27,854 nt of DNA from Candidatus Velthaea sp. (GTDB lineage: Bacteria; Vulcanimicrobiota; Vulcanimicrobiia; Vulcanimicrobiales; Vulcanimicrobiaceae): assembly GCA_050012475.1 (NCBI GenBank), contig JBEKHC010000112.1:1-27854 (forward strand), in the 5' to 3' direction. Shown one piece after another: positions 7,933 to 15,873 of this stretch. The notes below the pieces were generated by a model. The model was not told the origin of the DNA, ran no database searches, and saw nothing but the letters and a program-made list of their open reading frames with translations. The translations under genes were made by a program, and so were the position numbers. Each line of letters starts with the position of its first letter. The stretch's first letter is position 1.

Positions 7933-10295
7933 TGCACGGTCAGCGAGATCGTCGCCGCGCCGACGTCGCCGTCGACGGTCATCTTCAAAACGGAGAGCAC
8001 GTACTTTCCCTTCTCTTTGGGCAGCGTGACGTCGAGCGATTCACCGGCGTTCGCGGCAACGCGCCAAACCAGCGCGCGCGGTGCCGCGACCGCCAGCGAG
8101 GCGTCGGGTTTCTCCGCTGCGCGCGGACGGTCGAACGCGAAAATGTCGCCGGCGCTCGAGCGAACCGGCGCCACCCAGGCATGCCACGCCGGGTCGTCGG
8201 ACGCCGGATTTTGCGTCGTGGTCCCGGCCGCCGCCAAGCTGTCGGGCGCATCGACGAAATCGGCGCCGCGCGCCGGGATGCCGTCGCCCAGCCGCAGCGC
8301 GACCGTGCCGGCATCGTGCGAACCGCCGTCGACGATGCTGATCTTGGCGGTTTGGCCCGGCGTATACACCGGCTGATCCGCCCGCAGCGTGGTCGTGCGC
8401 GGCTGACCCGGGCCGTCGACGGGAATGTCGCGCGTCGCGTACTGCATCGCGCCGTCGCGCACGAAGGCCACGCCCGCGGCAAGGTCGCCGATCGACGCGG
8501 GCACCGTCAACGTCGCGCGTGCGCGCCCGTCGCGCACGTGGACCGTTTGCGCCGCAAACGATCGGGCGCCGTCGAGCGAAATGAACGCATCACCCGTCGC
8601 GCCGCCCAGCGTAGCGCTCAGGTTGACCCGCCCATTCACCGCGTAGCGCGGGGCGTCGAAGTCGACTTGAATCTCACCGCTCTTTCCGCCTCCGGCCGCC
8701 GCCAGGGCGCTCGGTTCCATCGCCACCGCCGACGCGTCGAAGGCCTGAGCGCCGTTGACGTTCGCCGTCGCGGTGACCAGACTCGTGCCCGGAATGACGT
8801 CGCGAAACGTCGCGCGCCCGCGGCCGGAGGCATCGAGCGTCACCGCCGCTTCTTGGACGTTGGGTCCGTGAATGAGCCGCAACGCAACGGCGGTGCCGGC
8901 CGCCGGCGCGCCGTCGAGCGCGTCGAAGCCGCGCACGTTGACGATCGCACTCTCGCCGATGTTGATCGGCGAACGCTCGGGGCCGACGGCCAGCGCGATC
9001 TTCGCCGTCGGCGTGACGAGCCGGGTCGACGCACTCGAACTGCCGCTTTGCGCGGTGATGCCGTACGTCGAGGCGAGGCCGTCGCCAGGAGCGGGGATCG
9101 TCACGTGCGCCGACCCGCCGGCGTCGGTGCGCGCTTGGCGGTCGAGAATCAAGGTCGTTGCCCACTGCTCGGCATCATCGGCGGTTCCCGGGGCGAGGAC
9201 GTGCGGCGTTCGCACGACGCGGATGCGCACGTCGCGGTCCGGTTGTGTCGCGCCGCCGCGCTGGACGCTGACCGTGAGCGGGATGTCGGCGTTCGGCGGG
9301 CACGCGCTGCCGCACGCGGCCTCGATCGTGACCACCGCATCGCCGACCGCCTCGACGCGCAGCGCAGCACCGCCGGTCGCGCCGTCGGCGCTCGCGAGAA
9401 CGGCCACGTCGGAGGACGGCGCATCGGCTGGAATCGGGATGTCGGCGCTGAACGCCCCGGCGGCGTCGAGTTGCGGTGCAGCGCTGACGAGCGTGCGGCC
9501 GCGCGCGATCACGCTGAGCTTCACGCTGCCGCTCGCCGGGCGCATCGCATTTCCCCGCCGCACCCGGGCGAAACCGACGGCGTGCACGTGATCGCCGGCC
9601 TGCACCAAGCCGCGGTCGAGCCGCACGCCGACAACGGCGCCAGGCACCGGCGGCACCGGCAGGAAGTTGACGAAAGCCCGGCTGCGGCCCCATTCGGCAA
9701 GCGCAAAACGCGGGAGCGGACCGGCGGCGTGCGCGATCCCGGCGGCATCCGTTTTGCCGTAGCGGAACGTGGAGCCGACCAGATAGGTGATGCGCATGCC
9801 GGGCAGCGCGCGGCCGGTGCCCAGGTCCGCGGCGTAGAGCACGATTGCGCCGGCCGATTCTTTGGTCAGCAGTCCGATGCGCGAGAGGTTCAGCCACACT
9901 TGCTGGCTGGCTTGACCGCGGCGTGCTTCGACGACGAAAAACCCCTCGCGATTTTGCAGCGGCACCTCGACGTCGTTCGATTCGAATTTCAAGCCGGCGG
10001 GCGGGGTAAAACGCCAGCGCGCGACCGGCGCGCGATGCGCGGTATCGATGGCGCGCGGCCGCGCGTTGGCTCCCGCGACGAGAACGTCGGCCGGATCGAC
10101 TTCGTAGGCTGCGAAATCGACGGGCGCACCGCTATACGTGTCGAGCCGCACGCCGATGCGCTTCCACGGTACTTGCGCGTCGCGCGCGAACAGCGCGAAC
10201 GCTGCGTCCCACTTTCCCGAATCGAGCAGCGGGCGCGCGGCGCGCGCCGGCGCGGCGGGCCCGACGTTCAGCGCAACGCCCAGGCTCAACGCCAA
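7929..10295 (-). CDS. Exported alpha-2-macroglobulin-like MG-domain protein lacking thioester/CUB region
   Basis: MG-type motifs LSRIGLLTK, DLGTGRALPG, KTDAAGIA, LDRGLVQAGDHV, LDAAGAFSADIPIP, DAPRYAVNG and DQPVYTPGQT. No CxEQ. Stop overlaps the polA ATG. The start may be ATT at 10325. Confidence 0.75.
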   Translation of the reverse strand: MALSLGVALNVGPAAPARAARPLLDSGKWDAAFALFARDAQVPWKRIGVRLDTYSGAPVDFAAYEVDPADVLVAGANARPRAIDTAHRAPVARWRFTPPAGLKFESNDVEVPLQNREGFFVVEARRGQASQQVWLNLSRIGLLTKESAGAIVLYAADLGTGRALPGMRITYLVGSTFRYGKTDAAGIAHAAGPLPRFALAEWGRSRAFVNFLPVPPVPGAVVGVRLDRGLVQAGDHVHAVGFARVRRGNAMRPASGSVKLSVIARGRTLVSAAPQLDAAGAFSADIPIPADAPSSDVAVLASADGATGGAALRVEAVGDAVVTIEAACGSACPPNADIPLTVSVQRGGATQPDRDVRIRVVRTPHVLAPGTADDAEQWATTLILDRQARTDAGGSAHVTIPAPGDGLASTYGITAQSGSSSASTRLVTPTAKIALAVGPERSPINIGESAIVNVRGFDALDGAPAAGTAVALRLIHGPNVQEAAVTLDASGRGRATFRDVIPGTSLVTATANVNGAQAFDASAVAMEPSALAAAGGGKSGEIQVDFDAPRYAVNGRVNLSATLGGATGDAFISLDGARSFAAQTVHVRDGRARATLTVPASIGDLAAGVAFVRDGAMQYATRDIPVDGPGQPRTTTLRADQPVYTPGQTAKISIVDGGSHDAGTVALRLGDGIPARGADFVDAPDSLAAAGTTTQNPASDDPAWHAWVAPVRSSAGDIFAFDRPRAAEKPDASLAVAAPRALVWRVAANAGESLDVTLPKEKGKYVLSVLKMTVDGDVGAATISLTVQ

Positions 10296-10320
10296 AATGC
10301 GCGCGGCGATGCTCGGCCGG

Positions 10321-10734
10321 TTAATAATTGTAACGGATCGTTCCCATCGTCGTCGCTCCGGCGCGGAAACCGACGACGAATTTGCGCTTTTCGCCCGGCC
10401 GCAGCGGCGACAGATCGTTGGCGAGTCCGGTGAGCGCCGCCGAGCCCGTATCGATGCCGAAATACCGGTTTCCCGTGTGGTCGGTGAGAAAGAAGTGCGC
10501 GATGACCGGATACAGCGGCGCCGCCTGATCGTCGGTTAGTTCGACGCGGCTGATGACGTACGTGACAGATCCCGCGCCGAGCGCTGCTTGGGATTCGCCG
10601 CTGGAAACATAACTCGACTGCAAGACTTCGACCGGTCCGCTGCCGGAGATCAGCGTCGGATCGTCGATTTTGGTTTCCTGACATGCGACCAGCGACACAC
10701 TAAGCATCGCAGCCCACGCCAGCCGTTGCCACAT
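10321..10734 (-). CDS. Putative lipoprotein (DUF4352-like Ig fold)
   Basis: ATG 10734 gives MWQRLAWAAMLSVSLVAC (lipobox LVAC). Segments FFLTDHTGNRY and LRPGEKRKFVVGF resemble DUF4352. Confidence 0.75.
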   Translation of the reverse strand: MWQRLAWAAMLSVSLVACQETKIDDPTLISGSGPVEVLQSSYVSSGESQAALGAGSVTYVISRVELTDDQAAPLYPVIAHFFLTDHTGNRYFGIDTGSAALTGLANDLSPLRPGEKRKFVVGFRAGATTMGTIRYNY

Positions 10735-10797
10735 ACCGTTGCACGGTTCGGCGCATTCCAGGAGGCGTCCCGTCCTCGCAAACCAAAAGCGGTCAGC

Positions 10798-10968
10798 GTG
10801 GATGAAGAGCGCCCCAACGGGAACTCGACCTCGCTGCCCTGCCGTTACTGCGGGAGCGATGCTGAAGAACCAAACGAAAAAACCCTCCGCGAGCATGCCG
10901 GGACATTCCAGGTCATCGTTGCCTGCGCGTCCTGTGGTGCCGCCTTCGCGGCGCTCTCGCGCAATTAA
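10798..10968 (+). CDS. Small zinc-ribbon protein (56 aa, two CxxC)
   Basis: GTG 10798 gives MDEERPNGNSTSLPCRYCGS...VIVACASCGAAFAALSRN. It fills the divergent gap, and TAA at 10968 is 1 nt before the next ATG. Confidence 0.6.
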   Translation: MDEERPNGNSTSLPCRYCGSDAEEPNEKTLREHAGTFQVIVACASCGAAFAALSRN

Positions 10969-10969
10969 T

Positions 10970-11536
10970 ATGTTCGAACGGCGATTGGCCGCGCTCGCGC
11001 TGACCGCCGTGCTCGTTCCGCCGGCCGCGTTCGCCGCGACGCCCACGCCGGCGGCGCACTCGTCGTCGCATCCGGCGCGCATCGACGTGACCAAGGTGCA
11101 GCCCAAAGCGTTGCTGCCCAAGCATGCCGAGCACGCCGAATACGTCGTCGAAATCAACAAATTGGGCCAAGTCACGCGGATCCGGTCGGGACGCCCCAGC
11201 GACAGCGCGACGTTCAATGGCCAGACGTACGGCAACGCGCTCCAATCGTTCATCCGCACGCCCGACGGGCACGTCATCGTCGGCATCTATCGGCTCACCT
11301 ACGATTTCGACCCCAAGACCGCCCGGGTCCGGCGCGACGTGAGCTTGCTGCGCCAAGGCGGTGTCGACCCCGACGCCAAGGGCGCTGCGCTCGTGCTCAT
11401 GGAGAAGGCCAATGCCGGCGCGGCGCGGCCGGCGATACCGGCGATCTCGCCGGGTCCGGCGGCGTCAGTCGACCCGCGCAGCTTGCCCGACCTTCCCAGC
11501 CTCGCCGTCCCCACCCCGCTACCCACTCCTTCATAA
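10970..11536 (+). CDS. Exported hypothetical protein (weak TonB C-terminal-like topology)
   Basis: ATG 10970, clean signal peptide MFERRLAALALTAVLVPPAAFA, core YVVEINKLGQVTRIRSG...FN...ALQ and Pro/Thr-rich ends. Confidence 0.8.
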   Translation: MFERRLAALALTAVLVPPAAFAATPTPAAHSSSHPARIDVTKVQPKALLPKHAEHAEYVVEINKLGQVTRIRSGRPSDSATFNGQTYGNALQSFIRTPDGHVIVGIYRLTYDFDPKTARVRRDVSLLRQGGVDPDAKGAALVLMEKANAGAARPAIPAISPGPAASVDPRSLPDLPSLAVPTPLPTPS

Positions 11537-11574
11537 ACGCGAGGAAGGCGGCGCGGACCGGCCAACGTCGGAGT

Positions 11575-12195
11575 ATGGCCATCGTCGACGACGTTCCCGG
11601 AGCTCTCGCCTTACTCTCGCGCACGTCGCACGCCCGCTCGTTTGCCGGCGGCCCGTTTCCGCCGATGGCGTTGCGCCAGATCGTCGACGCCGGGCGCAAC
11701 GCGCCGTCGCTGTTCAACACCCAGCCGGTGCGCTTCGTGGTGATACGCGACCGCGAAAAGTACGAGTTGCTCCGCGCCGGCTGCAACAAGTCACGCGACA
11801 CGTTCATGAAGATGCGCGGCTTGTTCGGGAAACTCAACAAACGGCTCAAACAGCCGGATTACGAAGCGGGTTTGCTGCGTCAAGCGTCCGGCGACGTGAT
11901 CCCCGCCGACGGCGTCGCGATCGTGGTGCTGCAAGACGACCGCTACCCCGAGTCGAGCGAAGCGTGCGCGTGCGCGCTCATGGCGATGGCGCTCGAAGCC
12001 ACGGCGTGCGGCATGGCCAGTCAATTCACGAGCTGGACGCGCGGGCTTTCGTTTCAGAAAGACATGGTCGCGCTCGTCGGCGTGCCCGAGGGATTCAAGA
12101 TCTTCACCAGCATCATCGTCGGCAACCCCGTCGAACCGCTGACGCCGCGGCGCAAAGACCGGCGCAGTCTCGACGACGCCGTGCGCTGGCTATGA
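11575..12195 (+). CDS. Nitroreductase family protein
   Basis: R-x-S-x-x-RSF start, AGRNAPS-x-x-NTQP-x-RFVVI, and MALEATACGMAS (LxAxxxGLGS equivalent). Confidence 0.88.
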   Translation: MAIVDDVPGALALLSRTSHARSFAGGPFPPMALRQIVDAGRNAPSLFNTQPVRFVVIRDREKYELLRAGCNKSRDTFMKMRGLFGKLNKRLKQPDYEAGLLRQASGDVIPADGVAIVVLQDDRYPESSEACACALMAMALEATACGMASQFTSWTRGLSFQKDMVALVGVPEGFKIFTSIIVGNPVEPLTPRRKDRRSLDDAVRWL

Positions 12196-12473
12196 ACCGC
12201 CGCAGCCGGCGCCCGCTCAAACGCGATTCGCAAGAGTCGATCATGGACTTCTATTTGCGCACGCGGACGAACGTCGATACCGCGATCGATACCGACGTGG
12301 CACGGTCGTGCACGTCCAAGCAGCAGTATGCGACCGAGGCGCAAGCGCGCGCGATCGCGACGATGCAAGGGATGAGCGGCAGCCTCTTCACGTATCATTG
12401 CCGCTATTGCGAGTTTTGGCACCTCACCCGGCGGCCGAATTCGGGAACCGGGCCGCAGATCATCGACGACTGA
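12192..12473 (+). CDS. Small CCCH-type zinc-binding hypothetical protein (93 aa)
   Basis: ATGA overlap with the nitroreductase stop. Pattern C-x2-K-x2-Y-x-T-E-x2-A...Y-x-C-x2-C-x2-W-H-L-T. Confidence 0.8.
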   Translation: MNRRSRRPLKRDSQESIMDFYLRTRTNVDTAIDTDVARSCTSKQQYATEAQARAIATMQGMSGSLFTYHCRYCEFWHLTRRPNSGTGPQIIDD

Positions 12474-12535
12474 CATCCCAATCCGACGCGCTAGGCGAAG
12501 AAAAACTTCGCGGCCCTCAAAGTACGGCCTCGGTG

Positions 12536-13102
12536 CTAGTTTGAATCCTCCGGGATATCCATTTTTGCGAACATCGCGCGGAGCGGCAGGCGCAAGTCGG
12601 GGATGATCGCCGCGTCGATGCGTTCAAAGCGTCCCTCGCGGTCGTACACATCGACCGTGCGCGTATCGGGATCAGCGATCAGCTCGAGGATTACGCCCCA
12701 TGCGAAGTAGACGCGCCGCTTTTCGTCGACGTCCTTCTGCCGATCGTCGGGAGAAAGGATCTCGACGACGATCTCCGGGGGCACCGGCGGAACTTCGCGG
12801 TCTTTCGCCGAGAGCGGTCGGAGTCGGGTGTAGGACATATACGCAACGTCGGGCACGAGCGGGTGGATGTCTTCGCCCGGCGGTGAAGCGCGAAATCGCC
12901 ATTCTGGGCCGACGTCACCACGGTCGCCCGCCCAATCCTCGAGAACGCGTACGAACGCCGCTTGCAAACGGCTGTGCTTTCGAGTCGGGCTCATTTTCTG
13001 AACGGGTCGCCCGGCGATCCATTCGGTTTCGGGCTTCGTTTTGGGAAGGACGATTTCGCCGACGGTCTGCATGTCACTCAGCTCGCTCTCTTTCGCTTGC
13101 AC
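12536..13102 (-). CDS. Uma2 family (DUF820) putative PD-(D/E)XK endonuclease
   Basis: KPETEWI-x-G...MSPT-x-x-H, VPDVAY, PEIVVEILSP, EK-x-x-x-Y-x-x-x-GV and IADP. Alternative ATG at 13072. Confidence 0.92.
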   Translation of the reverse strand: MQAKESELSDMQTVGEIVLPKTKPETEWIAGRPVQKMSPTRKHSRLQAAFVRVLEDWAGDRGDVGPEWRFRASPPGEDIHPLVPDVAYMSYTRLRPLSAKDREVPPVPPEIVVEILSPDDRQKDVDEKRRVYFAWGVILELIADPDTRTVDVYDREGRFERIDAAIIPDLRLPLRAMFAKMDIPEDSN

Positions 13103-13288
13103 TTCGACGCGCCATTCATCACCCCAGCTACCCCAGTGTCCCGAATCAAAGTTCGTGACACTAGCACAGCCTGCCGCTACGAGAAATGGCCCGGAACGAA
13201 GACGGACTCGGCCCGGTCTATTCGGCTAGAAAGCCGACAGCGGTCGGAGAGTCGTTTCGAACTCAATGTCCAGCTATGCTTCAAACGG

Positions 13289-14653
13289 CTATGGAGCGGC
13301 GAACGGCCAAGCGCGGACGCGCGCGGCCCACCCGCCGAAGACCGCGATGCCGGCAGCGAGCGTCGCAACTCCGTAGACGATCGCCGCGGTCCCCGACTGC
13401 TCGAAGACGTACGCCCAGCCAACGAACGCGATCAGCGCCGGAAGCGGAAACAGCCACATGCGGTACGGCGCGCGGATCCCGCGCCGGCGCACCACAGCGA
13501 GCGCCACAATCTGGGCGATCGATTGAATGAGTACGATTCCCGTCGTCAGCGCGTTGATGATCTGGTCGAGCGGAAATAGGCAGGCCGGCAGCGCGAGCAG
13601 GCCGATCGCGACGAGCGAGACATCGGGAAAGCGGTGCTTGGCGTGCACGTGGGCAAAGGCCGGCAGAAATACGCCGTCTTCCGCCGCGGCAAACGGAATG
13701 CGCGAATACCCCAGCAGGTTGCCGTAGACGGAAGCAAACGCCGTGAGCAGCACGAGCACCGTCACGACCCCGGCGGCGCCGACGCCGAAACTGCGTTCGA
13801 CGACCGTCGAGGCCAAATGCTGGCCCAGCGGCGGTAGCGAGCCGTCCGCCAGCGGCACCAGCGATTCCCAGCGTACAGCACCCAGAATGCCGAACTGCAT
13901 CGCGACGTACAGCACCGCAATGAGCGCGATCGAGATGAGGATCGAGCGCGGCAGCGTCCGCGCCGGATCGCGCACTTCACCGCCGACGGTGCTCGATTGC
14001 CCGTAGCCGAAATAGTCGTACATCGCGATGATGAGCGCTTGCCCCAGGCCCGCGCGGAGCCCGCTCCACACGGAATCCCCAGCCGGCAGCGCGAGCGCTT
14101 GCGCCGGCGAGAAATGCGCGTACGACGCCGCGATCACGCACAGAATCGTCGCGATCGAGATCGCAGCAAGCACGATGCTCGTGCGCGAGACGGTCGCGAT
14201 CGCGCGGTACAGCGCGATCAGCGTCACCACACCGACCGCGATCGCCAACGCCTTGAGCGCCCACGGTGAGGTCGTCAACGCGGGAACGAAGTAGCCCGCG
14301 TAGTTGGCGAAGCCGATGTAACCCGTTGCCTGCAAGAGCGGCGCGACGAAGATCGTCTGCCAGACGAACAGAAACGCGAGCAGCCGGCCCAAGCCTGTCC
14401 GTCCGAAGGTCTCGCGCAAAAATCCGTAGGTACCGCCCGAGCCTGGATAGAGCGAACCCAGTTCGGCCCAGACCAAACCGTCGCACAACGCCAGCAGCGC
14501 GCCGGCCAGCCAGCCCGCCAGCGACAACGGACCGTGCAAGGCGCCCAGCACGAGCGGGATCGTGATGAGCGGACCGATCCCGATCATCGAGATCACGTTG
14601 ATCGCCGTCGCGCCGCGCAGACCGACGCCGCGCACGAGCCGTTCGGCGGTCAC
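13289..14653 (-). CDS. APC-family amino acid/amine permease
   Basis: GTG 14653 overlaps the SIS stop. Motifs MIGIGP, WAELGSLYPGSGG-x-Y-x-FL, GEVRDP-x-R-x-LPRSI, SRIPFA-x-A-x-DG and PYRM; about 12 hydrophobic segments. Confidence 0.93.
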   Translation of the reverse strand: MTAERLVRGVGLRGATAINVISMIGIGPLITIPLVLGALHGPLSLAGWLAGALLALCDGLVWAELGSLYPGSGGTYGFLRETFGRTGLGRLLAFLFVWQTIFVAPLLQATGYIGFANYAGYFVPALTTSPWALKALAIAVGVVTLIALYRAIATVSRTSIVLAAISIATILCVIAASYAHFSPAQALALPAGDSVWSGLRAGLGQALIIAMYDYFGYGQSSTVGGEVRDPARTLPRSILISIALIAVLYVAMQFGILGAVRWESLVPLADGSLPPLGQHLASTVVERSFGVGAAGVVTVLVLLTAFASVYGNLLGYSRIPFAAAEDGVFLPAFAHVHAKHRFPDVSLVAIGLLALPACLFPLDQIINALTTGIVLIQSIAQIVALAVVRRRGIRAPYRMWLFPLPALIAFVGWAYVFEQSGTAAIVYGVATLAAGIAVFGGWAARVRAWPFAAP

Positions 14654-15669
14654 GGAAGTTCCGCGATGAGCGCTTTGGTCAAGCCGCGCGGCGCGTCGCT
14701 GTCGATGTGGCGCGCGCGCGCCGCGTGCAGCGCGATGAGCTGCGCGCTGACCAGCCACGCCAAACTATTGTACGGTTCATCGACGAGCGGACCGATCCGC
14801 GGCACCGCGTCGATCGACGACGAGCCGATGACGAAGCGCAGCGCTTCGGAATCGGCAACGTCGCGCAAGGGCCGCGCCACGGCGGGCAGGGCATCGGTAT
14901 CGACGATCGCGATGACCGCGCACGAAGCGTCGACCATCGCGACGCTGCCGTGACGAAACTCCCCCCCGGCAAAACCTTCGGCGTGCAAATAGGCCGCTTC
15001 TTTGAGTTTGAGCCCGGCTTCGCAGGCGATCGGCAAGCCGTAATCCGAACCCAACACCACGACGCTGTGGCGCCGCGCGATGCGCTGCGCCGCGCGCGCA
15101 AGTTCGGCATAGCCGGGCGAATCGAACCAGACCCGGATCGCGTCGGCCGTCGCCCGGAGCACTGCGGCACGGCGCGTCGTGCTGCCGCCCAGCAGCGAGG
15201 CCGCCCACAGCACGATAGCCACCGTCGCCGAAACGCTTTTCGAGGCCGGGACGGCGAGTTCGGTGCCGGCTTCGATATCGATCGTGACGTCGGCGCGCGC
15301 AGCCAACGGCGAATCGAGGGTATTCGTCAGCGCGATGAGCCGGCGTGGCACAAGGACGTCGAGCGCCGCGAACAAGTCGCTGGAGCGACCGCTCTGCGAT
15401 ATCGCGACGACAATTTTTCCTTCGTACGCGTTGTGGTCGAGCCGCGCTTCGGTCGCCGCGACGGCCACCGCGCGGACGCGCCGGCGGCGGAACGCAAGCG
15501 CAGCCAGTTGCGCGATGAACAGCGAACTGCCGCTGCCCACGAGCACGATGTCGTCCGCGAGTTCGCGCGCCAATCGCTGCGCGGCGTCGGTCTGCGCCAA
15601 ACGTTCCCAAACGTCGGGTTGAGCGCGAATCTCGCGCTCGAAGATCGTGCCCAGCGCATCGGCCCCCAT
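14650..15669 (-). CDS. Double-SIS sugar-phosphate isomerase/deaminase (GlmS C-terminal-like, no glutaminase domain)
   Basis: EI-x-x-QP, GSGSS, ISQSG, GTELAVPASKS, EAGLKLKE, GEFRHG and DAPRGLTK parallel the GlmS isomerase motifs. Confidence 0.88.
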   Translation of the reverse strand: MGADALGTIFEREIRAQPDVWERLAQTDAAQRLARELADDIVLVGSGSSLFIAQLAALAFRRRRVRAVAVAATEARLDHNAYEGKIVVAISQSGRSSDLFAALDVLVPRRLIALTNTLDSPLAARADVTIDIEAGTELAVPASKSVSATVAIVLWAASLLGGSTTRRAAVLRATADAIRVWFDSPGYAELARAAQRIARRHSVVVLGSDYGLPIACEAGLKLKEAAYLHAEGFAGGEFRHGSVAMVDASCAVIAIVDTDALPAVARPLRDVADSEALRFVIGSSSIDAVPRIGPLVDEPYNSLAWLVSAQLIALHAARARHIDSDAPRGLTKALIAELP

Positions 15670-15671
15670 CC

Positions 15672-15833
15672 GGGTTCAGCTTCGCTGAACCCATGGCGTT
15701 CGACCCTTCGGGTCGAGCCGCATGGCGTTCGACCCTTCGGACGAGCCGCATGGCGTTCGACCCTTCGGAAGCCGCATGGCGTCCGACTCTTCGGGTCGAG
15801 CCATATGGCGTTCGACCCTTCGGACGAGCCGCG
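15672..15833. repeat. Leader hairpin plus five tandem 26-29 bp palindromic repeats (REP-like array)
   Basis: GGGTTCAGC-TTC-GCTGAACCC (15672-15692), then units at 15692-15720, 15721-15748, 15749-15774, 15775-15803 and 15804-15831, consensus CATGGCGT-TCGACCC-TTC-GGGTCGA-GCCG, with no spacers. Confidence 0.93.
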
Positions 15834-15873
15834 GGCTATGATGGTTTTGGCGCGCTTTCGTTCGGGTTTGGGG

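Noticed and set aside
5257..10433. Long plus-strand ORFs of 659 and 833 aa (likewise 22538..24097 minus and similar)
   Set aside because: Antisense shadows of well-supported genes, typical of high-GC codon usage; Arg-rich with no domain motifs.
12192..13102. Prophage remnant, toxin-antitoxin or defence island around Uma2 and the CCCH protein
   Set aside because: The genes are convergent, with no integrase, att/tRNA site or other phage or defence genes; stand-alone Uma2 genes are common.
15692..15831. CRISPR array
   Set aside because: Repeat length and palindromy are CRISPR-like, but units are contiguous with no unique spacers and no cas genes are present.
15670..15873. glmS ribozyme upstream of the GlmS-like gene
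   Set aside because: Only a loose AAGCGCGCCAAAAC resemblance on the minus strand; the GACGAGG and downstream core motifs are absent.
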